The translations under genes and the position numbers were made by a program. A stretch of 64,000 bases of DNA from an uncultured Actinomycetota bacterium (GTDB lineage: Bacteria; Actinomycetota; Actinomycetes; JACCUZ01), in contig CAVXNC010000018.1 in the NCBI GenBank assembly GCA_963762865.1, positions 1,697-65,696 of the forward strand, read 5' to 3'. Positions 25,260 to 33,390 of the stretch are shown here, piece by piece. How positions within the stretch are numbered: the first letter of the stretch is position 1; the number at the start of each line of letters is the position of its first letter. The notes beneath the pieces were generated by a model. It saw nothing but the letters and a program-made list of their open reading frames with translations, was not told where the DNA came from and did no database searches.

Positions 25260-25888
25260 ACCACCAAACCACCTCTTCCCCCCACACAGCACCGGCAACG
25301 GCCGTGCCAGTCCTTGTCGGCGACCCTGACGAGCCTTTCGACCCGTCGGCACACAGCTGGGACAACATCGTCCGGGTGCACCGCGGCAATGTGTACCGCC
25401 ACGCCTACCGACTCACCCGGAACCCGCACGACGCCGAGGACCTCACCCAGGACGTGTTCGTCCGCGTGTTTCGCGCACTGCCGAACTACCGACCTGGCGG
25501 CAGCTTCCCTGGCTGGCTGCACCGGATCACGACCAACCTGTTCCGCGACAAGCTGCGCCGAGCGCGCCTGCTGCGCCTGGACCCGCTCGGCGACCACACC
25601 GACCGCATCATCGACCGCGCACCGACAGCGGCCGAGCAGCTCGATCGCAGAACACTGGACACCGACGTAGCTGATGCGCTGCGTGCACTGCCGCCGCACT
25701 TCCGCTCAACGGTGCTGCTCAGCGACCTCCACGGCCTCACCTACCACCAGGTCGCCGCCGCCCTCGGCATCAACATCGGCACGGTACGCAGCCGGCTGCA
25801 CCGAGGCCGGGCACAACTACGGACCGCGCTAGCACACAGAGCACCTAACCAAGTCGCTTCGGCCTACGCCGAGGCACGGGCAGCGTGA
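25256..25888 (+). CDS. ECF-type RNA polymerase sigma factor
   Basis: Region 2 reads YRHAYRLTRNPHDAEDLTQDVFVRVF...FPGWLHRITTNLFRDKLR. Region 4 reads LLSDLHGLTYHQVAAALGINIGTVRSRLHRGRAQLR. Confidence 0.85.
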   Translation: MNHQTTSSPHTAPATAVPVLVGDPDEPFDPSAHSWDNIVRVHRGNVYRHAYRLTRNPHDAEDLTQDVFVRVFRALPNYRPGGSFPGWLHRITTNLFRDKLRRARLLRLDPLGDHTDRIIDRAPTAAEQLDRRTLDTDVADALRALPPHFRSTVLLSDLHGLTYHQVAAALGINIGTVRSRLHRGRAQLRTALAHRAPNQVASAYAEARAA

Positions 25889-26122
25889 TGGCTGCCGCCG
25901 CGGGCGGCTTCGTCGAGACGCCAAGGCGCGCTCATCAGCGCCGATCGCGTTCTCACGAGTCGATCCCCAGGACGACGCACGACTCGCGCGTCATCACCAT
26001 GCCGGATCTGCGCGCCACCGGAAACCGACAACCCGCTTATGGTGCAGCCTGCAGCCGTCCCCCGGCCTGCGGGCCTCCGATCCGCACCGCCTCCGCGGAG
26101 GCGACCAGCAGGGAGAATCATC

Positions 26123-26764
26123 ATGTCCACCACTGACCCGTCGTATTCGACCTACCCGGTCCAGCTCTCGGTCGCCTACCCAGACCGGCCGCTGAACCGC
26201 CTGACCACGGCGTTCCGTATCCTCGTCGCGATCCCGATCTTGCTACTGCTGGAGACGGTGTCCGCGGGGCAGTTCACCCCCTCAAGAAGCGGCGAGGTCG
26301 TCGTCTACGGCGCTGGCGGAACACTGATTCTCGGACCACTGCTGATGATCCTGTTCCGACAGAAGTACCCGCGGTGGTGGTTCGACTGGAACCTGGAGTT
26401 GCAGCGGTTCGGCAACCGTGTCGTCGTCTTCTTGGCACTGATGGACGACCGCTACCCGTCGACGGACGAGATCCAGTCGGTACGGCTCGACTACGACTAC
26501 CCCAACGTGCCACGCGACCTCAACCGCTGGCTACCGCTCGTGAAGTGGTTGCTCGCGGTCCCGCACTACATCGTGCTGGCATTCCTGTGGCTCGCCGCGG
26601 CAGTGGCCGTCGTGATCGCCTGGTTCGCGATCCTGTTCACCGGCCGGTACCCGCGGGGGCTCTTCGACTTCGTCGAGGGCGTCCTCCGGTGGACCCAACG
26701 AGTGACGGCGTACGCGTTCCTGCTGGTAACCGACCGCTACCCGCCGTTCCGGTTGGGGTCGTAA
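26123..26764 (+). CDS. DUF4389-domain membrane protein
   Basis: ATG at 26123 lies 6 nt after AGGGAGA. Motifs: [53 protein letters not shown]...[18 protein letters not shown] and [12 protein letters not shown]. Confidence 0.75.
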   Translation: MSTTDPSYSTYPVQLSVAYPDRPLNRLTTAFRILVAIPILLLLETVSAGQFTPSRSGEVVVYGAGGTLILGPLLMILFRQKYPRWWFDWNLELQRFGNRVVVFLALMDDRYPSTDEIQSVRLDYDYPNVPRDLNRWLPLVKWLLAVPHYIVLAFLWLAAAVAVVIAWFAILFTGRYPRGLFDFVEGVLRWTQRVTAYAFLLVTDRYPPFRLGS

Positions 26765-26999
26765 CTACGAGCTCGACGGGGACCTGGAGGGCGCAACCGG
26801 CGCTGCGCTCAGGGAGCAGGGGAGGCTCCAGGCTGCACGCGGAGAACGTCTGCCGGCAGGGAACAGTGGAGGCTTCAGGCTGCAGGGGAGGACGTCCGCC
26901 GCTGACCCGAGGCGCATGGCCGATTTGGGGCTTTCTTGGCATTCTGTGCCGCGATCTTGTGCCAGGCTCCCAGGCCGAGAGATCGACCCAGGAGGCCCC

Positions 27000-27882
27000 A
27001 TGTCGTTGCAGCCCCGCCCATCGCACCGCTCCGCGACCCTCGCCCGGCTGGGCGCCAGCCGTCGTCGGCCTGGTGGCCGCCCTCGCGCTGATCATGCCGT
27101 CGGCCGCCCCGGCGGCCACCAGCAGGCAGGCCGGCAAGGGTCAGCTGTCGGCGGCCAGCGCCGCGGTCGAGAAGTCCGGCGTCCGCGGTGTCGCCTGGTA
27201 CATCGACGCGGCAGCCGAGCGGGTCGTCGTGACGGCCGACAGCTCGGTGTCGTCCGGCGACGTGGCTAGCATCAAGCGCCAGGCCGGCACAGCGGCGAGC
27301 GCCATCCGGGTCGAGCGAGCTGCGGGTGTCTTCCGCCCGCTGCTCGCGGCCGGGGATGCGATCTACGGCAGCAAGTACCGCTGCTCGCTCGGGTTCAACG
27401 TGGTCAGCGGGAGCACCTTCTACTTCCTGACCGCCGGGCACTGCGGGAAGCCCGAGAAGACCTGGTGGACGAGCGCGAACCACAGCACGCTGATCGGCCC
27501 GACCATCGGCTACAGCTTCCCCGGCAACGACTACGCCCTGGTGCGCTACGACAACACGTCGCTGTCCCACCCCGGCGGATACACGGTCGGTGACGCGAGA
27601 GTCGGACAGTCGGTCACGCGGGACGGCTCGACGACCGGCGTCCACAACGGCACGGTGACCGCGCTCAACGTCACGGTGCGCTACCAGGGCGGCGGCACGG
27701 TCCGGGGCATGATCCAGACCACGGTCTGCGCCGAGCCTGGCGACTCGGGTGGCGCGCTCTACGCCGGGTCGACAGCGCTCGGACTCACCTCCGGCGGCAG
27801 CGGTGACTGCAGGACCGGTGGGACGACGTTCTTCCAGCCCGTCCGCGAGGCCGCGAACGCGTACGGCGTCACCATCTACTGA
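27000..27882 (+). CDS. S1-family serine protease, streptogrisin/alpha-lytic type with prodomain (start region out of frame with body)
   Basis: The catalytic triad context is LTAGHCG, GNDYALV and [14 protein letters not shown] 27000, 5 nt after CCAGGAGG, gives a good n-region ([19 protein letters not shown]). However, it is one frame off from the h-region and body ([23 protein letters not shown]...). This implies an indel between about 27045 and 27058. Alternatively, the in-frame GTG at 26959 could be the start, but it has no RBS. Confidence 0.7.
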
Positions 27883-27894
27883 GCACCACACCGT

Positions 27895-27927
27895 GGCGCG
27901 CGGCTGACGGGCCGGCGGTCGCGCGCC
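27895..27927 (+). terminator. stem-loop after the protease gene
   Basis: GGCGCGCG-N17-CGCGCGCC, 12 nt after the stop. No U tract. Confidence 0.3.
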
Positions 27928-28083
27928 AGCAAAGGTGGACCATCGAGGCGCGACATTTGCCAACCTTCCGGGCGGATCGGAGGTCACCGCTGGACGTGGG
28001 CCGGTCGGACGCGACAGGGTCCCAGTCGGCTGCGCGGCAGTCGGGGGACGACAGGTCGGTTCGATGAGTCGCGGGAGGACCTC

Positions 28084-28740
28084 ATGGTCGGAGAGCTCGC
28101 GTTCAGGGCATCGTTGCCGCGGACCGGAACCACGTCGCGGGACGCCAGGCACGACCTGAGCGCCTGGCTGCCGGAGCGTTGCGGGCCGTCCACCGCCGAA
28201 ACGGCACTGCTGCTCGCGTCCGAGCTGGTGACCAACGCCGTGGTGCACACGCGCAGCGCGGACGTCGAGGTGCGCGCGACGTGCAACGGGGACACGTTGC
28301 GGGTCGCCGTCGACGACGACGACGCGGCCGCACCGTCCGTCGCCGGTCAGGCCGGCGGCGGGCCGACCGGCACCGGCTTGTCACTGGTGGACGCCCTGGC
28401 CGCGCGCTGGGGGTGGGAGCCGACGTCGGGCGGCAAGCGGGTGTGGTTCGAGGTCCCGTGCGCCGGCCCGACGAGGACACCGCGCAGGGCGCGGCCGGTG
28501 CCAGGCGGATGCGAAACGCCTGACACCGGCCGGGCCGGTTCACGGGTGGCTGCGCGTCAGCGCACCAGCCAGCGGTCGACGACCACGTCCGTGCCTCGCG
28601 AGGCCTTCCGCTTGGTGCCGAGGGCCACGACCTTCACGGTGTGGGTCGAGTTGGACAGACCGGTGACGGTCCGCAGCACGTTCCACTTCGCCTTCGCGGA
28701 GAAGTTGTCGACCGTCGCCTTGCGGACGCCGTCGACGTAG
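28084..28740 (+). CDS. HATPase_c-type anti-sigma/serine kinase-like protein (RsbW-like), with an unusually long tail
   Basis: ATG at 28084 lies after GGGAGGA. Motifs are ALLLASELVTNAVVHT (N box) and GTGLSLVDALAARWGWE...GGKRVWFEV (G box and the usual C-terminus). The frame then runs about 90 aa further, overlapping the converging Ig-repeat gene by 184 nt. Confidence 0.6.
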   Translation: MVGELAFRASLPRTGTTSRDARHDLSAWLPERCGPSTAETALLLASELVTNAVVHTRSADVEVRATCNGDTLRVAVDDDDAAAPSVAGQAGGGPTGTGLSLVDALAARWGWEPTSGGKRVWFEVPCAGPTRTPRRARPVPGGCETPDTGRAGSRVAARQRTSQRSTTTSVPREAFRLVPRATTFTVWVELDRPVTVRSTFHFAFAEKLSTVALRTPST

Positions 28741-31334
28741 ATGGCGGCCTTCCCCATCGTCGGGGCGGTCTCGGTGGACCAGCTGATGCCGGTGCCACGG
28801 AAGGTGAACGAGGTGCTCGCACCCCGCGTGCTGGCGAGGGAGTACGCCCGGCCGGACGCACTGGCCGAGCCGGCGCGGCGCCAGGTGGCCTTCGCGGTCG
28901 GCGAGGCCTTGAGCGTCTTGCCGACCCGCAGCGCGTCCACCACGACGCCGGTCCCGGTCGAGGCGGTGCTCTTCTTGCCGGTGACGACGATCTTCAGGGT
29001 GTGGCGCTTGGCGCTGAGCCCCTTGATCGTGCGGGCCACCCGCCAGGTCCGGGCTGCGCTGTAGTTGTCGACCGTGGCCTTGCGAACCCCGTCGACGAAG
29101 ACGGTCGCCTTGCCCTGGTCGGGGCCGGTCATCGTGTACCAGGTGACCTTCTTGCCGCTGACGGTCATCGTCAGCGTCGCGCCCTTGTGCGACTCGGTGA
29201 GGTAGCTCTTGCCGATGGCCGAGCCGGACTTGGCCTTGGCCCAGGTGAACCCGGCGCGGAGGCTGTTCTCCTGCTCCTTCGTCGAGGCCCGGAAGGACTT
29301 CGACGCGGGCGTCACGGTCGAGCCGCCGGAGCCGGCGAGCCCGGTCCCGACCGACAGCGTGTAGGTGCCTCCCGGCAGGAGCGCGGCGGAAGGCTTGACG
29401 GCCACGCTGCGCACGGCGCCCGAGCACGGGACCGCGGTCCCCGCCGCGTTGCGGCAGGTCAGCGCGGCCGGTACCGCGGTGCCGGCAGCATCGACCAGCC
29501 GGACGGTCGCCGGGCTCACACCCGACACGTCACCGGAGAAGCTGACCGTGCTCGTCCCCCGCAGCGCACTGCTCGTCGTGATCGTCGCTGTCGTCGCGGC
29601 TGCGGCAGGCGTCGGCGCGGGTGGCGTCGAGCCGCCACCGGGCGGCGGGGTCGAGCCCCCGCCACCACCGCCACCGCCGCCGCCACCGCCGGTGCTCGGC
29701 GCCTCGACGGTCCAGGCGTAGGACGCCTCCGGGCTGACGTTGAGCACCCCGTCCTCTGCGACGACGCCGAAGGTGTGGGCACCGACAGAAAGTCCGGTGA
29801 GGGTCACCGGACTGGCGCAGTTGGTCGCGGTCGCGCCGTCGACCGAGCAGGAGTACGTCGTCCCCGGGTCGGATGCGAAGGAGAAGATCGCGGTCGTCTC
29901 CGTGGTCGGCGACGCCGGCGTGGTACTGAAGACCGGTGCCACCGGGGCTGTCAGGTCGACGCGCCAGCTCCACACGACGGGCGACGACGGGTTCGAGGCC
30001 GCGTCGAGCGAGCGCACCGCGAGGAAGTGGTTGCCCTCGGTCAGCGGGGCGAACATCCAGTCGCCCACGTCACAGATGACGTACGAGGCGTCGTCGAGCG
30101 AGTCGAGCGAGCACTCGAACCCGTAGGTCGAGCCGTCGGTGGAGACCCACGCGAAGCCAGGAGCGGTGTCCTTGCTCGGCGTGGGCGGGCCGTCGGTGAA
30201 GGCGGCCGGAGCGGGTGCCGTCGTGTCGACCTCCCAGGTCAGGTCGACGAGGGCGCTCGAGTTGCCGGCCTGGTCGTGCGAGCGCAGCTCGAAGGTGTGC
30301 GTCCCGGCAGCGACGGTGTAGCTCAGCGGGGAGGGGCAGGCCGTCCACGGACCCGACGGGTCGTCCAGGCGGCACTGCAGGGCGCCCGAGCTGTCGACGT
30401 CACCGACGACGAAGTCGGCGACCGTCTGGTTCGTGAGGGCGGGCGGGCCGGTCAAGATCGACGGTGCCCACGGCGCGGTCAGGTCGACGTCCCAGACCAC
30501 GGTCGCCGGCTGCGCCTCGTTCCCGGCGCCGTCCGAGCCGGTGATGACCAGGGAGTGCGAGCCTTCCGAGATCGGCCCCGGGACCGTGTACGGGCTCGTG
30601 CAGGCGACGGCCGTCGCACCGTCGAGCGCGCAGGTGTAGGACGTCGCGCCAGCGGCGGAGAAGGTCGCCTCGGCCGTCGTCTGGTTGGTCGGGCTGACCG
30701 GACCCGTAGCAAGCACGTTTGCCGGCGCCGTGAGGTCGACGACCCACGTCACCTCGGACGCGGGGCTCTTGTTGCCGACGCTGTCGACGGCGCGGACCGC
30801 CACCGTGTGCGAGCCCTCACTGAGCGAGCTGACCACGTACGGGCTAGCGCAGTCCGTCTCCGGCGCGCCGTCCAGCGAGCAGGTGTGCGACACCGCGGTG
30901 GGGTCGGCGTTGGTGAAGGAGATGTTCGCCGACGTCGAGCCCGTCGGGCTCGGCACGGCGGTCACACTGGGCGCGCCGGGCAGGATGCTGTCGACCCGCC
31001 ACGAGATGCTGCGCGTGTTGGGGCGGTTGGTGCTGTTCTTCTTCCCGCGGAGCACGAAGGTGTGCGTGCCGTCGGTGAGCCCGGTGTAGATGACCGGGCT
31101 CGTGCAGGCCGTGGCCGTGGCGCCGTCGAGCGAGCAGGTGTACGTCGCGCCGGTTTCCAGGTCCCACGCGAACGTGGCGGTCTGCAGCGTGGTCTGCGCC
31201 GCGGGCTGGGTCGTCATGGTGATCGGCAGCCGTGGCTTGGGCGCTGCCAGCGCCGGCTGGGCGCCGAGAGCGGTGACAGACAGGACGGCAGCAAAGACGG
31301 CCGCCGTCCAGCTGAGCATGGATCGGGTTCGCAT
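28557..31334 (-). CDS. secreted Ig-like-repeat protein (925 aa): 6 two-Cys Ig-like repeats, Gly12/Pro linker, SbsA-type Ig domain, 2 lectin-like beta-sandwich modules
   Basis: Signal peptide MRTRSMLSWTAAVFAAVLSVTALGAQPALA, with RBS GAGGGGA. There are six repeats of about 88 aa with the pattern F.F...Y.C.LDG....C.SP....L.EG.H.....A.D..GN......W.VDL.AP. They are followed by GGGGGGGGGGGGSTPPPGGGSTPPAPTP. The C-terminus has two modules of about 115 aa sharing G(K)A(A/T)(I/V)(Y/F)VDGVRKATVDN(Y/F)SA. I saw no LPXTG motif and no C-terminal TM segment. Confidence 0.85.
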   Translation of the reverse strand: MRTRSMLSWTAAVFAAVLSVTALGAQPALAAPKPRLPITMTTQPAAQTTLQTATFAWDLETGATYTCSLDGATATACTSPVIYTGLTDGTHTFVLRGKKNSTNRPNTRSISWRVDSILPGAPSVTAVPSPTGSTSANISFTNADPTAVSHTCSLDGAPETDCASPYVVSSLSEGSHTVAVRAVDSVGNKSPASEVTWVVDLTAPANVLATGPVSPTNQTTAEATFSAAGATSYTCALDGATAVACTSPYTVPGPISEGSHSLVITGSDGAGNEAQPATVVWDVDLTAPWAPSILTGPPALTNQTVADFVVGDVDSSGALQCRLDDPSGPWTACPSPLSYTVAAGTHTFELRSHDQAGNSSALVDLTWEVDTTAPAPAAFTDGPPTPSKDTAPGFAWVSTDGSTYGFECSLDSLDDASYVICDVGDWMFAPLTEGNHFLAVRSLDAASNPSSPVVWSWRVDLTAPVAPVFSTTPASPTTETTAIFSFASDPGTTYSCSVDGATATNCASPVTLTGLSVGAHTFGVVAEDGVLNVSPEASYAWTVEAPSTGGGGGGGGGGGGSTPPPGGGSTPPAPTPAAAATTATITTSSALRGTSTVSFSGDVSGVSPATVRLVDAAGTAVPAALTCRNAAGTAVPCSGAVRSVAVKPSAALLPGGTYTLSVGTGLAGSGGSTVTPASKSFRASTKEQENSLRAGFTWAKAKSGSAIGKSYLTESHKGATLTMTVSGKKVTWYTMTGPDQGKATVFVDGVRKATVDNYSAARTWRVARTIKGLSAKRHTLKIVVTGKKSTASTGTGVVVDALRVGKTLKASPTAKATWRRAGSASASGRAYSLASTRGASTSFTFRGTGISWSTETAPTMGKAAIYVDGVRKATVDNFSAKAKWNVLRTVTGLSNSTHTVKVVALGTKRKASRGTDVVVDRWLVR

Positions 31335-31500
31335 CGGATTCCCCTCGTTGTGTGACGCACCCCTGATGCGTCCTAGGTGGGGGGATCGGCGGGTATCGGC
31401 AGCAACCGGATGTCTTGAAGGAAAGAGCGTAAAGAATGACTAAAATGGCGGAGCACTTTCGGATGGCGCATGCGCACTAACGGGCCATCCGCAACGTGCC

Positions 31501-31557
31501 TATGTCCGACGTGCCCGGACATAGCGCCTGGTCCCTAGCCCAGCCGGGTGAGGGACC
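31501..31557 (-). terminator. two tandem stem-loops after the decarboxylase gene
   Basis: TATGTCCG-N7-CGGACATA (31501..31523) and GGTCCCT-N14-AGGGACC (31530..31557). They lie directly downstream of the minus-strand stop at 31561. Confidence 0.35.
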
Positions 31558-31560
31558 GGC

Positions 31561-33246
31561 CTAGAGCGTGGCAGCGACCCGCAGGACCGCCTCGACGGAC
31601 CGGTCCACGTCTGCCTCGCGGGTGCTGTGGTTGGACACCGAGACCCGCATCAGCCGCCGGCCCCGCCAGGTCGTGGCACCGAGCCAGCAGGTGCCGTCGG
31701 CCTGGACCGCCTCGACGACTCGGTCGGTCCGGTCGTCGTCGCCGAAGCCGACCAGCACCTGGTTGAGCACGACGTCGTTGACGACCTCGAGACCACCAGC
31801 GGCTAGGCCGTCGGCGAAGCGACGGGCCAGCCGACAGCACCGGTCCACCAGCTCGGCAACGCCGTCCGCACCGAGCTCGCGCAGCGCCGCCCACACGGCG
31901 AAGCCTCGCGCCCGCCGCGAGGACTCGGCCGTCAGGTCGGCCATGCCGGAGACCGCTCCGGAACCGGTCAGGTACGGCGCCGTGTAGGACATCGAGGTCG
32001 AGTGCACGTCGGGCCGCGCGCAGAAGGCGAAGGCGGAGTCATAGGGCACGTTGAGCCACTTGTGGCCGTCGCAGCCCCAGGAGTCGGCAAGCTCCACGCC
32101 GTCGAGCAGGTGGCGCAGCGACGGGCTCGCCGCGGCCCACAGCCCGAAGGCGCCGTCGACGTGAGCCCACCCGCCGTGCTGGTGCGCCAGGTCGCTGCCG
32201 GTGCGCAGGTCGTCGCACGCGCCGGTGTTCACGTTGCCGGCCTGCAGCGCCACGATCGGCGACGCTCCGCCCGCCCCGGCCACCTCCGCGAGCACTTCCG
32301 CCAGGTGCGCCATGTCCATCGCGCCGTTCGCGTCCGCGCGCACCGGCACGACCGCGTCGTTGCCCAGACCAAGCAGCCGCAACGAGCGGTCGACCGTGGC
32401 GTGCCGCTCCACCGACGCCACCACCCGCACGTCAGGTGCACCGAGCAGCCCGCGTTGCTCCACGTCCCACCCGGCATCTGCCAGCACCTGGTGACGCGCC
32501 GCGGCCAGCCCCGCGGTGTTGGCGGCCTGCGCGCCGGTCACGAAGCCGACCGAGGCCGTCGCCGGCACCCCCAGCAGCTGCTTGAGCCAGCCGCCTGCCA
32601 CCGACTCCGCGGCAGCCGCGGCCGGCGACAGGACGCCGTTGAACGCGCACTGGTCCCAGCCGGCCGCCAGCACGTCGGCAGCCACCGATGCCGGCAACGA
32701 GCCGCCGATCACGAAGCCGAAGAACCGTGGGCCGGCAGTCGACATCAGCCCGCCGTCGACGGCGGCGACCAGCTGCTCGACGACCTCAGCAGCAGCCGTC
32801 GACGCATGTGGGAGATCGCCGCCGAGTGCAGCAGCCACCTCGTCGATGCCCTGCGGTCCGCGAACCGGCCGGTCGGCCAGCGACGCCCGGTAGGCAGCGG
32901 CGTGCGAGGCGGCCTTGCGCAGCAGGGAGTCGAGCTCATCCCCGGTTGAGGCCTCGATGATCCGCAGATCCCGCTCGGCGCCGTCACCCAGCTGGCGTAG
33001 TGCGGCCTGGTAGGAGTCGCTCTCGTACGCCGCGACCGCCTCGTCGACGCTGTCGTACTCGATCACGATGGTCCGTTCCGCGACACCGGACTCGAACGCC
33101 CGCGCAGGCGTCCCACGCGCGAGGAAGCGGCCCCCGGCCGCACGCATCGCCGGACCGGCGAGCTCGATGTAGGCGGCCAGCCGGTCGGGGTCGCTGACCG
33201 AACGGAACGTGTTCACCCAGTACGCCGTCATCACGCCAGTCTCCAA
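31561..33246 (-). CDS. DUF1330 domain fused to a PLP-dependent (group II) decarboxylase
   Basis: The first ~95 aa read MTAYWVNTFRSVSDPDRLAAYIELAGPAMRAAGGRFLARG...TIVIEYDSVDEAVAAYESDSYQAAL, which is DUF1330-like. A fold-type I PLP enzyme follows without any stop, carrying the Lys motif SWGCDGHKWLNVPYD. The start could be 33246 or 33231. Confidence 0.8.
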   Translation of the reverse strand: METGVMTAYWVNTFRSVSDPDRLAAYIELAGPAMRAAGGRFLARGTPARAFESGVAERTIVIEYDSVDEAVAAYESDSYQAALRQLGDGAERDLRIIEASTGDELDSLLRKAASHAAAYRASLADRPVRGPQGIDEVAAALGGDLPHASTAAAEVVEQLVAAVDGGLMSTAGPRFFGFVIGGSLPASVAADVLAAGWDQCAFNGVLSPAAAAAESVAGGWLKQLLGVPATASVGFVTGAQAANTAGLAAARHQVLADAGWDVEQRGLLGAPDVRVVASVERHATVDRSLRLLGLGNDAVVPVRADANGAMDMAHLAEVLAEVAGAGGASPIVALQAGNVNTGACDDLRTGSDLAHQHGGWAHVDGAFGLWAAASPSLRHLLDGVELADSWGCDGHKWLNVPYDSAFAFCARPDVHSTSMSYTAPYLTGSGAVSGMADLTAESSRRARGFAVWAALRELGADGVAELVDRCCRLARRFADGLAAGGLEVVNDVVLNQVLVGFGDDDRTDRVVEAVQADGTCWLGATTWRGRRLMRVSVSNHSTREADVDRSVEAVLRVAATL

Positions 33247-33390
33247 GACGCCGCCGCACCGGGCGCCGGTGCCGGTCGGTCAGGCTGCTGACCGCCGGGG
33301 GTAAAGACCAGGTAAAGAGATGCCGATCCCTACTGTGCCCGGAACACCGGGCAGAGGTGTGAACGACCGGGGGTTTGGAGGATCGCGCCG

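Noticed and set aside
25885-26136. 83-aa ORF immediately after the first ECF sigma gene, considered as its anti-sigma
   Set aside because: It has no TM segment, no HxxxCxxC or other anti-sigma motif, and mixed third-position composition. It also overlaps the well-supported DUF4389 start. I treat the stretch as non-coding.
28641-31355. 904-aa plus-strand ORF covering the Ig-repeat gene
   Set aside because: It is an antisense shadow. Its sequence is RG-rich junk, whereas the minus strand shows a signal peptide, six regular repeats and an internal duplication.
23824-31400. Genomic island integrated at tRNA-Arg
   Set aside because: I found no integrase, recombinase or mobility gene in the window. 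I could find no direct repeat of the tRNA 3' end, and I saw no obvious compositional break apart from short intergenic AT-richer patches.
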